Origin: Cellulomonas sp.
GTDB taxonomy: Bacteria > Actinomycetota > Actinomycetes > Actinomycetales > Cellulomonadaceae
Reading direction: 5' to 3'
Assembly (NCBI GenBank): GCA_017882855.1
Contig: JADGOR010000001.1
Location: forward strand, 11,901 to 75,900
Length of the DNA: 64,000 nt
The notes below the pieces were generated by a model, which saw nothing but the letters and a program-made list of their open reading frames with translations, did not search any database and was not told the origin of the DNA. A program made the position numbers and the translations under genes. Below, in pieces: positions 35,772 to 43,411 of this stretch; position 1 is the first letter of the stretch; each line of letters starts with the position of its first letter.

Positions 35772-36617
35772 GTGAGTATCACCCACCGATCGGATCCGTG
35801 GGGGATCGATGCCTTGTTCGACGGCTCGCGTGAGCTGTCGGAGGTCATCGAGGACGTCGCCCGCCTGGGTGCCCGGTTGATCATCCAGACAGCGGTGGAG
35901 GTCGAGGTCGACGTGTTCCTTGGCAGGGACCGCTACCAGCGGGCCGCGGACTGCTCGGACGCTCGGGTCGGGAGCCGTAACGGCTTCTGAGACACCACGG
36001 TCAAGACGACGGCCGGGCCGATCACCGTGGCGCGGCCGAAGTTGCGCGGCACCACCCAGGCGTTCGCCAGCCGGCTGTTCGGCAAGGGCGTCACCGAGTC
36101 CAACGCGTTGGAGTCGCTGGTGATCGCCGGGTTCGTGCGCGGACTGTCGGTCTGCGACGTGGAGAACACGCTGGCCGACACGCTGGGCGCCGAAGCGGCC
36201 CTGTCCAAGTCGACCGTGTCTCGGGTGTGCCAGGGGATCGGTCAGGAGTTCGAGCGCTGGGCAACGCGACCGCTGGACGATCTCGAGCTGGACTACCTGT
36301 TCCTTGACGCCAGCATGTTCAAGGTGCACCTCGGCGCGCGCGCCGAACCGGTGCTGGCCGCGTCGGGCATCACCACCAACGGCGCTTCGGTGTTCGTCGT
36401 CCTCGCCGCCGGCGGGTCGGAGTCCACCGACGCGTGGGGCGACTTCCTCGACGAGCTCACCGGCCGTGGGCTGCGTCCGCCGCTGCTGGTCATCTCCGGC
36501 GGCGCCGCCGGGCTGATCAACGCAGCTCCCGGCGCGCCCGGTGGAGGAGTTGTCATGACTGGATTCTCGCAACCAGGTCCGACAGTCGCGTCGTCCCCAC
36601 GAAGGCACGTCACGTGA
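35772..36617 (+). pseudogene. IS256-family (mutator-type) transposase, inactivated
   Basis: Track ORFs 35772..35990 and 36027..36617 are in the same frame and are separated by one TGA (35988-35990). The motifs are ...VDVFLGRDRYQR...RNGF*DTTVKTTAGPITVARPKLRG...LVIAGFVRGLSVCDVE. Similarity ends after LLVISGGAAGLINA, so the C-terminal third is missing. Confidence 0.8.
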
Positions 36618-36756
36618 TCCACGGTCTATAGCTGATTTGCCAGCCACCACGGGTTCTCGCGGGCCGCTCGCTCATTGGCACGAGCACGGATCGCGGCATG
36701 AGCGTGTGACTCGTTCGAAGCCAAGTTCCCGCCCCGGTCGGCGCTAGCCTCGCTGC

Positions 36757-37356
36757 ATGCAGCACCTTGACCACTGCCGGCAGTTGCCGGTGACCGTGGC
36801 GCGGGTCGAGTGGGTCGCGAGGAAGGTGAGGACGCGCATCCCTCCCGCGCCAACTCACGACGAGTGGCGACTTGTGATCGATCTGCACTGTGCGGCTGAG
36901 GAAGTCCGTGCTGCAGCGACCCTTGTCGACGACGGGTGCATCCGGCATGTGCGAGGTTGGGCGGATGGGCCCGCGCACTGGGTCAGCTACACGGTCAACT
37001 TCTCCCCCCAAGACGCGGACCGCAGTGAGGAGGTCTGCGTGAGCACCGGCGGTGAACTGCGCAGGTGGGTGACCTCTCGCCAACTCAGAGCAGAACCTCA
37101 CCGGGCCGTCGACCTCCTCGTCGCTGCCGGCGACACGTTCATGACGGGAACCGTTGTGGATCTCTTTCGCATCGGTGAGGTCGGACCGGTTTGGCAGGTC
37201 GCGGTGATCGCGAAGAGCGACACCAAGAAGGTGCGCACGAGGTGGCATGTGACGGCGCCGATCGACTGCCGCGGCGCCTACGGCTTCCTCGCAACCGGCC
37301 GGCGATCGGGCTTCGTTCGACTCCCCGATCCGGAAGCGCACGAGCGCTCCGAGTAG
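36757..37356 (+). CDS. Orphan 199-aa protein, function unknown
   Basis: Third-position G/C is high in this frame. The overlapping minus-strand ORF 36610..37341 looks like a shadow. I recognised no family. Confidence 0.45.
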   Translation: MQHLDHCRQLPVTVARVEWVARKVRTRIPPAPTHDEWRLVIDLHCAAEEVRAAATLVDDGCIRHVRGWADGPAHWVSYTVNFSPQDADRSEEVCVSTGGELRRWVTSRQLRAEPHRAVDLLVAAGDTFMTGTVVDLFRIGEVGPVWQVAVIAKSDTKKVRTRWHVTAPIDCRGAYGFLATGRRSGFVRLPDPEAHERSE

Positions 37357-37474
37357 CGCGGTCGGCCCCAGCGCGACTCACTCCAGACCCGCGATCGACG
37401 GCCGAACCATGGCGGTCCTCAACACTCGCTCATCGGCATGACCGCGCGCTTGACGTTGCTTGGACCGCCTCCCG

Positions 37475-38662
37475 TCAGGTTCGGCTCTTCAGCCGACCCA
37501 GCGCCGCTGCCGCGACGTTCGCGGCGACCAGTTGTTGCGCCGGCATCAGGTGGCTGTACCGCGAATCCGTCGTCGCATAGGTCTCGTGCCCGAGCCGCCG
37601 CGACAGCGTGAACATGTCCATCCCCTCGGCGAGCATCCAGCTCGCGTGGGTGTGCCGCAGATCGTGGATCCGCGGCCGCTTCGTCAGGCGTCGCGCGTCG
37701 GGGTCAGGCTCGCCGTTCGAGTCCACTGGGTTGTGCGCCTTGTTGATCGCCGGCGTCCAGTGGGTCGCCCAGAAGGTGTTGTTGCGGATCGGCCGCCCGG
37801 CGACGTTGACGAACACCAGATCAGTCCCACGCCTGCCGGCGGTCAGGCCCCGGAGCATCTCGGCGAGGTCGGGGGACAGGGAGATCGTCCGGCGCGATCG
37901 CGCCGACTTCGGCGCCCCGATGAAGAGCTGCCGCTCGCCGTCTCGCTTCCAGGCCTTGTTGACGCGGATGGTCGGAGGGTGGGCATCGAGGGAGAGATCC
38001 TCGACGTGCAGCGCGGTGGCCTCCCCGAAGCGCATCCCGGTGCCCACCAGGGTGACGATGAAGGGCCGGTAGTGGTCTGCGGTGTTGTCCAGGATGAGGT
38101 CGAGCTCCTCCGGTTCAAGCACGACCATGTCGTCCCCGGCCCGCTGGTTGCGAGGCAGGCGTACAGCAGCGCACGGGTTCTCGGCGCGATACCCGAGCCG
38201 CACCGCCGTGTTCATGGCGGCCGACAACAACCCGTGGACGTTGGCGATCGACTTGTTCGACAGGCCCTTCATCTGGAGCTCGCGGATCCACAAGGTCACC
38301 TGCTGCCAGGTCAGCGCCCTGACCGGCAGCGCGCCCAGGTGCGGCGTGATGTGGTCACGCGCCCGCAGCCGGTACCCGGTCCTGGTGTCCTCGCCCACGC
38401 GGTTGAGAAGGTCGACGTGTTCGCGAACCACGTCCTCGACTGTCGGCCCGCCCCGGCGGATCGCGTTGGCCACCTCGACCGCGAGCGTGAGCCGCTGCCC
38501 GTTGGCGTCGAGCAGCTTGATCGTCTGCTCGGCCTGGCGCCGATCGTCGAAGGTCATCGACTGCCGGCCGGGCTGGGTCGGGTCGCGCCATACGACGCGG
38601 AAGGCGACTGTGCCGTCCCCCCGCGCCCGCTTCTCGATGCTCGCCACGTCTCCATAGTGCAT
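37475..38662 (-). CDS. Tyrosine-type site-specific integrase
   Basis: It carries TGMRFGEA (Arg), HDLRHTHASWMLAEG (HxxR) and LGHETYATTDSRYSHL (catalytic Tyr). The start is ATG 38662 (ATG 38677 is an alternative). It lies immediately downstream of the tRNA 3' end on the same strand. Confidence 0.9.
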   Translation of the reverse strand: MHYGDVASIEKRARGDGTVAFRVVWRDPTQPGRQSMTFDDRRQAEQTIKLLDANGQRLTLAVEVANAIRRGGPTVEDVVREHVDLLNRVGEDTRTGYRLRARDHITPHLGALPVRALTWQQVTLWIRELQMKGLSNKSIANVHGLLSAAMNTAVRLGYRAENPCAAVRLPRNQRAGDDMVVLEPEELDLILDNTADHYRPFIVTLVGTGMRFGEATALHVEDLSLDAHPPTIRVNKAWKRDGERQLFIGAPKSARSRRTISLSPDLAEMLRGLTAGRRGTDLVFVNVAGRPIRNNTFWATHWTPAINKAHNPVDSNGEPDPDARRLTKRPRIHDLRHTHASWMLAEGMDMFTLSRRLGHETYATTDSRYSHLMPAQQLVAANVAAAALGRLKSRT

Positions 38663-38667
38663 CTCAT

Positions 38668-38696
38668 GGGGACACATTTGTCCCCCTGTGGGGACA
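38668..38696. repeat. Three alternating copies of a 7-mer (GGGGACA / TGTCCCC / GGGGACA) between the tRNA and the integrase
   Basis: GGGGACA is at 38668-38674, TGTCCCC at 38679-38685 and GGGGACA at 38690-38696, each separated by 4 nt. Together they form two overlapping 7-bp inverted repeats. Confidence 0.6.
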
Positions 38697-38724
38697 ATCG
38701 CTGCGTTTCCGCAGGTCAGACGGG

Positions 38725-38798
38725 TGCCCCGAGTGGGATTCGAACCCACACTGGATCGGTTTTGAGCCGATTGCCTCTGCCGGTTGGGCTATCGGGGC
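38725..38798 (-). tRNA. tRNA whose hand-folded anticodon is CAA (Leu) but which has class-I geometry; isotype uncertain
   Basis: The minus-strand sequence is GCCCCGA-TA-GCC-CAACCGGCAGA-GGC-A-ATCGG-CTCAAAA-CCGAT-CCAGT-GTGGG-TTCGAAT-CCCAC-TCGGGGC-A. The 7-bp acceptor stem is perfect, and the anticodon and T stems (5 bp each) are perfect. The T-loop is TTCGAAT. CCA is not encoded. Confidence 0.85.
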
Positions 38799-38853
38799 GA
38801 TCACGACTGCCCGGCGGTGAACAGGTCCATCCGCCGCGCGGTGCGACTGCCAT

Positions 38854-38859
38854 TAGGCT
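38854..38859 (+). promoter_or_regulatory. -10 hexamer TAGGCT placed for a leaderless pdtaR transcript
   Basis: The TANNNT hexamer ends 7 nt before GTG 38867. There is no SD. Confidence 0.35.
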
Positions 38860-38866
38860 AGCGGGC

Positions 38867-39553
38867 GTGACGGACAGCGTGGACCAGACACCCCAGGCCG
38901 ACGTGCTCGGCGGCGCGCTGACGAGGGCCACTCCGGCCGACGTGCCGACGCAGTCGGCCGACGCCGCGAGGCCCGCCCGCCGAGCGGTTGTTGCCGAGGA
39001 TGAGGCCCTGATCCGGATGGACGTCGTGGAGACGCTCCGCGAGGCGGGCTATGACGTCGTCGGCGAGGCGGGCGACGGTGAGCGAGCGGTCGAGCTGGCC
39101 CTCGAGCTGCGGCCCGACGTCGTCGTGATGGACGTGAAGATGCCGGTGCTCGACGGGATCTCCGCAGCCGAGAAGATCGGCAAGGCGCACTTGGCGCCGG
39201 TCGTGCTACTCACGGCGTTCTCGCAGCAGGAACTGGTCGAGCGTGCCCGTGACGCCGGTGCGATGGCCTACGTGGTCAAGCCGTTCACCCCGGCGGACCT
39301 GTTGCCGGCGATCGAGATCGCCATCTCACGCTACGCACAGATCGCGGCGCTCGAGTCGGAGGTCGCGGACCTGGCCGAGCGGTTCGAGACGCGCAAGCGG
39401 GTCGACCGGGCCAAGGGCCTGCTGATGACGAAGATGGGCCTGACCGAACCGGAGTCCTTCCGCTGGATCCAGAAGACCTCGATGGATCGGCGGCTCACCA
39501 TGCGCGAGGTTGCGGATGCCGTGATCCAGCAGGTCGGCGGGTCCGAGGCTTGA
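38867..39553 (+). CDS. pdtaR: ANTAR-domain response regulator (PdtaR type)
   Basis: The receiver domain reads RAVVAEDEALIRMDVVETLREAGYDVVGEAGDG...DVVVMDVKMP. The ANTAR segment reads LETRKRVDRAKGLLMTKMGLTEPESFRWIQKTSMDRR. The long track ORF 37460..39553 is an artefact upstream of this point. Confidence 0.9.
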   Translation: MTDSVDQTPQADVLGGALTRATPADVPTQSADAARPARRAVVAEDEALIRMDVVETLREAGYDVVGEAGDGERAVELALELRPDVVVMDVKMPVLDGISAAEKIGKAHLAPVVLLTAFSQQELVERARDAGAMAYVVKPFTPADLLPAIEIAISRYAQIAALESEVADLAERFETRKRVDRAKGLLMTKMGLTEPESFRWIQKTSMDRRLTMREVADAVIQQVGGSEA

Positions 39554-39665
39554 CCGCTTCCCCATCACTCGAACGGCTTGCCTCCGTCGAGTAGTGTTCG
39601 TTACTTGTCGGTCTACCGTCTGATGGTGAACCTTCGCACCAACGAGACCACCGGGAGGGCAACTC

Positions 39666-40385
39666 ATGCGGCCTGCGATCGAGGTCGAGCTGGCCCAGCC
39701 TGATGAGCTCCCGGGCCTGGCTGCCCTGTGCGTCGAGGCCCGCGACGAGACGGTCCTCGGGCCGAAGCTGTGCAGCTCGGACATCACGCTGGTGGCGCAT
39801 CACATCGGTGTTCTGCTGAGCACGCCGGGCGGGTACGCGCTGCTGGCGAGGGACGACACGGGCCTGGTCGGCTTCCTCCTGGCACGGGTCATCGGGCCGG
39901 GTCCGTTCGCCGACGAGCCGAACCTGTACATCGACGCCATGTACGTAGGTGAGACTGCCCGCCGCCGTGGGGTCGGCCATGCCTTGCTCGACGGAGCCGT
40001 CGGCATCGCCGAGAACGCCGGCGCGGAGACCATGTGCGTCATCCCACTGCCAGGCTCGCGCGGACTGCAGCGGTTCTTGGCCCAGCTCGGGTTCGCGCCG
40101 GCTGGTGGCCACCGGGTCTCGACCTGCACGGCGCTCCGGCGCAAGCTCACCGACGACGCCGCACCCGCGCCGTTGCGCCGAGCCCGGGGCATCGAGGACC
40201 TGATCGCCCGGCGTCGTCACGTGCGCGCAGAGAGCGGGTCGATCGACCTGAGCGGCCTTCAGCTGCGCGGCTCGGACCCGGTCGAGGTCGGTTCCGACGA
40301 GCGGCGCCGGTCGTCGATCAAGGCGCACGTCAAGCGTGCCGTGCAGACCCGCCTCTCCGACTCGTCGACCACCACGATCTCGTAG
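39666..40385 (+). CDS. GNAT-family N-acetyltransferase with an approximately 80-aa C-terminal extension
   Basis: ATG 39666 is preceded by GGGAGGG. The acetyl-CoA motif is RRRGVGHALL...AENAG. GC3 is high through to the stop. Confidence 0.7.
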   Translation: MRPAIEVELAQPDELPGLAALCVEARDETVLGPKLCSSDITLVAHHIGVLLSTPGGYALLARDDTGLVGFLLARVIGPGPFADEPNLYIDAMYVGETARRRGVGHALLDGAVGIAENAGAETMCVIPLPGSRGLQRFLAQLGFAPAGGHRVSTCTALRRKLTDDAAPAPLRRARGIEDLIARRRHVRAESGSIDLSGLQLRGSDPVEVGSDERRRSSIKAHVKRAVQTRLSDSSTTTIS

Positions 40386-40714
40386 GTAGCCACCGTCGAC
40401 CCGAGGTGGACCGGGGTCGCGACCGCGGTCACCAGCCCCTCGTGCACGGCCCGGTGGTGCGTCGCATTAATCTCGAGCCCGACCGCGAGCCGGTCGGCGC
40501 CCGCGTGCAGGGCCGCCCCGTAGGAGCCAAGGGTCTCCGCGAGGACGACCGACGCGCCGCCGTGCAGCAGACCGTACGGCTGGGTGTTGCCGGCGACCGG
40601 CATCGTCGCGACCAGTCGCTCGACCCGGGCCTCGAGCAGGATGATCCCCATCCGTTCCATCAGCGTGCCGGGTTCGGTGGCGGGCAGCCCGCTCAGGAGT
40701 GCGTCGTCGGTCAT
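40259..40714 (-). CDS. PaaI/hotdog-fold thioesterase
   Basis: ATG 40714. The motif VAGNTQPYGLLHGGASVVLAETLGS is typical of PaaI-type thioesterases. Only the last 151 codons of track ORF 40259..41557 are credible. Confidence 0.8.
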   Translation of the reverse strand: MTDDALLSGLPATEPGTLMERMGIILLEARVERLVATMPVAGNTQPYGLLHGGASVVLAETLGSYGAALHAGADRLAVGLEINATHHRAVHEGLVTAVATPVHLGSTVATYEIVVVDESERRVCTARLTCALIDDRRRSSEPTSTGSEPRS

Positions 40715-40720
40715 GCCGGA

Positions 40721-40726
40721 TAGGTT
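40721..40726 (+). promoter_or_regulatory. -10 hexamer TAGGTT placed for a leaderless polA transcript
   Basis: The TANNNT hexamer ends 6 nt before GTG 40733. The whole divergent intergenic gap is only 18 nt. Confidence 0.4.
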
Positions 40727-40732
40727 GGCACC

Positions 40733-43411
40733 GTGAGCGACGCAGCGCGACCCCGCCTCCTCTTGATCGACGGCCACTCGATGGCGTTCCGAGCCTTCTT
40801 CGGCCTCCCGGTGGACAACTTCCGGACCACTACGGGTGAGGCGACGAACGCCGTCTACGGCTTCATCGCGATGCTCACGACGCTGCTCCGCGAGGAGGTG
40901 CCGACCCACATCGCAGTCGCGTTCGACATCGGCCGCACCACGTTCCGGACCGAGCAGTACGCGGCCTACAAGGGCACCCGCGAGGCCACGCCGGAGGAGT
41001 TCAAGGGCCAGATCCCGCTCATCAAGGAGGTGCTCGATGCACTGCGCATCACTTCGGTCGAGCAGGAGTCCTTCGAGGCGGACGACATCCTCGCGACCCT
41101 GTCGACCCGCGCCGACGCCGCGGGTATGGAGGTGCTGATCTGCTCGGGCGACCGGGACACGTTCCAGCTCGTCACGAACCTGGTGACCGTCCTGTACCCA
41201 CGCAAGGGCGTATCCGACCTGGTGCGCATGACGCCCTCGGCCGTCGAGGAGAAGTACGGGCTCGCCCCCGCCCGCTACCCGGACCTCGCTGCGCTGGTGG
41301 GGGAGACGAGCGACAACCTGCCTGGCGTTCCCGGCGTCGGGCCGAAGACGGCCGCGAAATGGATCCAGCAGTACGGCGACCTGGACGGGGTGCTCGCGGC
41401 CGCGGCCGAGATCCCCGGGAAGGCCGGTGAGAGTCTGCGGGCGAACCTCGACCAGGTGGTCCTCAACCGTCATCTGAACGCCCTCGTGACCGACCTGACG
41501 CTCCCGGTCGATCTCGACGACCTCGAGGCACGTCCGTGGGACCGCGAGGCGGTCCACCGGGTCTTCGACGCGCTCCAGTTCAAGACGCTGCGGGAGAGGC
41601 TGCTCGCGATGGTCCCCGACGGCGCCGAGGGGGCAGCCGGGTTCGAGCTCGAGGTGGCGCGCTCGTCGGCCACCTCGGTGCGTGAGTGGCTGGCCGAGCG
41701 CGGCTCGCTGATGCTCGGTCTGGACGTGACGGGGCGCGGCGCGCCCGCCGAACCGGACGCGTGGGCCGTCGCGATCGCCGACGGACGCGGCGCGGCCCTG
41801 GCCATCGACCTCACCGAGCTCTCAGACGACGACGATGCGGCGCTCGGCGGGTGGCTGGCGGACCCAGCGGCCGCCAAGGCGCTCAACGGCGCCAAGGGCG
41901 CGTGGCACGAGCTGGGCGCGCGGGGATGGGCGCTCGCGGGCGTCCGGATGGACACCCAGCTCGCCGGCTACCTGTGCCACCCGGACCAGCGCGGGTACGA
42001 CCTGGGCGACCTCACCGCGCGGTACCTGCACCGTGACCTCAGGGTCGAGGAGGCGGGGCATGACGGCCAGGCGACCTTGGACCTGGCTCTCGACGAGAAG
42101 GCCGCGGACTCGGCGGCCGCGCTGCGCGCGGCGGCCGTGGTCGAGCTGGCCGACGTGCTGGCCGGCGCGCTGGCGGACCGCAACGGAGCGGCCCTGCTGC
42201 GCGACGTCGAGCTGCCGCTGGTCGACACCCTCGGCCGGATGGAACGGGCCGGGATCGCGGTCGACGAGGACTACCTGCGCGGACTCGAGAAGTACTTCGG
42301 CGCTGAGGTCGACAAGGCGGCCGCAGCGGCGTACCAGGTGATCGGGCACGAGGTGAACCTGGGTTCCCCGAAGCAGCTTCAGGACGTGCTGTTCGACGAG
42401 CTCGGCATGCCGAAGACGAAGCGGATCAAGACCGGGTACACGACCGACGCGGGAGCCCTCACCGAGCTGTTCGAACGGACCGAGCACCCGTTCCTGGCTC
42501 ACCTGCTCGCGCACCGCGATGCGATCCGACTCCGGCAGACCGTCGAGGGCCTGCTCCGGTCGATCGCCGCCGACGGCCGGATCCACACGACCTTCAACCA
42601 GACGATCGCGGCCACCGGCCGGTTGTCGTCGACCGATCCGAACCTGCAGAACATCCCGATCCGAACCGAGGACGGCCGCCGGATCCGCCAGGCCTTCGTG
42701 GTAGGTGCGGGCTTCGAGACGTTGCTCACGGCGGACTACAGCCAGATCGAGATGCGCCTGATGGCGCACCTGTCCGGTGACCAGGCCCTGATCGAGGCAT
42801 TCCGCTCGGGCGAGGACCTGCACAGCTACGTGGGCTCGCGGGTCTTCGGCGTCCCGACCGACAAGGTGACGCCGAAGATGCGCTCGAAGATCAAGGCAAT
42901 GAGCTACGGACTCGCCTACGGGCTGTCCGCCTTCGGCCTGTCCAAGCAGCTCAAGATCAGCGTGTCCGAGGCGAACGCCCTGATGGACGACTACTTCGCG
43001 AGGTTCGGCGGCGTGCGGGACTACCTGGCCGGCGTCGTCGAGGAGGCTCGGAAGACCGGGTACACCGAGACGATCCGCGGCCGACGCCGCTACCTGCCCG
43101 ATCTGACGAGTGACAACCGGCAGCGCCGCGACATGGCGGAGCGGATGGCGCTCAACGCCCCCATGCAGGGCAGCGCCGCGGACATCATCAAGGTGGCGAT
43201 GCTCGGCGTCGACCGTGCGCTCGCGTCAGCAGGTCTGGCCTCGCGGATGCTGCTGCAGGTGCACGACGAGCTTGTCATCGAGGTGGCGCCGGGGGAGCGC
43301 GAGAAGGTCGAGGGCCTGGTGCGGACGGAGATGGGGGCGGCAGCGGACCTCTCGGTCGCGCTCGATGTCTCGGTGGGCGTGGGCCGCAACTGGCACGAGG
43401 CGGGGCACTAG
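40733..43411 (+). CDS. polA: DNA polymerase I
   Basis: 892 aa. It has a 5'-nuclease domain (LLLIDGHSMAFRAFF) and polymerase motifs (DYSQIEMR, QVHDELV). Confidence 0.96.
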   Translation: MSDAARPRLLLIDGHSMAFRAFFGLPVDNFRTTTGEATNAVYGFIAMLTTLLREEVPTHIAVAFDIGRTTFRTEQYAAYKGTREATPEEFKGQIPLIKEVLDALRITSVEQESFEADDILATLSTRADAAGMEVLICSGDRDTFQLVTNLVTVLYPRKGVSDLVRMTPSAVEEKYGLAPARYPDLAALVGETSDNLPGVPGVGPKTAAKWIQQYGDLDGVLAAAAEIPGKAGESLRANLDQVVLNRHLNALVTDLTLPVDLDDLEARPWDREAVHRVFDALQFKTLRERLLAMVPDGAEGAAGFELEVARSSATSVREWLAERGSLMLGLDVTGRGAPAEPDAWAVAIADGRGAALAIDLTELSDDDDAALGGWLADPAAAKALNGAKGAWHELGARGWALAGVRMDTQLAGYLCHPDQRGYDLGDLTARYLHRDLRVEEAGHDGQATLDLALDEKAADSAAALRAAAVVELADVLAGALADRNGAALLRDVELPLVDTLGRMERAGIAVDEDYLRGLEKYFGAEVDKAAAAAYQVIGHEVNLGSPKQLQDVLFDELGMPKTKRIKTGYTTDAGALTELFERTEHPFLAHLLAHRDAIRLRQTVEGLLRSIAADGRIHTTFNQTIAATGRLSSTDPNLQNIPIRTEDGRRIRQAFVVGAGFETLLTADYSQIEMRLMAHLSGDQALIEAFRSGEDLHSYVGSRVFGVPTDKVTPKMRSKIKAMSYGLAYGLSAFGLSKQLKISVSEANALMDDYFARFGGVRDYLAGVVEEARKTGYTETIRGRRRYLPDLTSDNRQRRDMAERMALNAPMQGSAADIIKVAMLGVDRALASAGLASRMLLQVHDELVIEVAPGEREKVEGLVRTEMGAAADLSVALDVSVGVGRNWHEAGH

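Larger units (their letters stand above)
32110..38798. mobile_element. Decayed tRNA-anchored integrative (formerly conjugative or mobilisable) element
   Basis: There is a tRNA-integrase junction at the right end and a relaxase remnant at the left. In between lie an IS256 relic, a TA module, orphan ORFs with atypical codons and a xylanase cargo gene. I did not find the distal att repeat. Confidence 0.55.

Noticed and set aside
38804-38851. A direct repeat CGACTGCC (38804 and 38844) between the tRNA and pdtaR, plus a tRNA-D-arm-like string TAGCCTAATGGCAG on the minus strand.
   Set aside because: The 8-mers are short and no cloverleaf can be completed, so this is probably chance or an unremarkable promoter region.
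37460-39553. A 697-aa + strand ORF spanning the integrase, the tRNA and pdtaR.
   Set aside because: Only the last ~228 codons (pdtaR) are credible. The upstream part is antisense to the integrase and reads through the tRNA gene.
40705-40726. CGTCGGTC-N8-TAGGTT upstream of polA, considered as a second RecA-NDp (PafBC) promoter.
   Set aside because: The upstream element lacks the leading T of TGTC and the trailing G. I kept only the leaderless -10 call.
43408-43411. polA and the convergent methyltransferase share the palindrome CTAG as overlapping stop codons.
   Set aside because: This is a real but trivial 4-nt convergent overlap with no evident functional implication.
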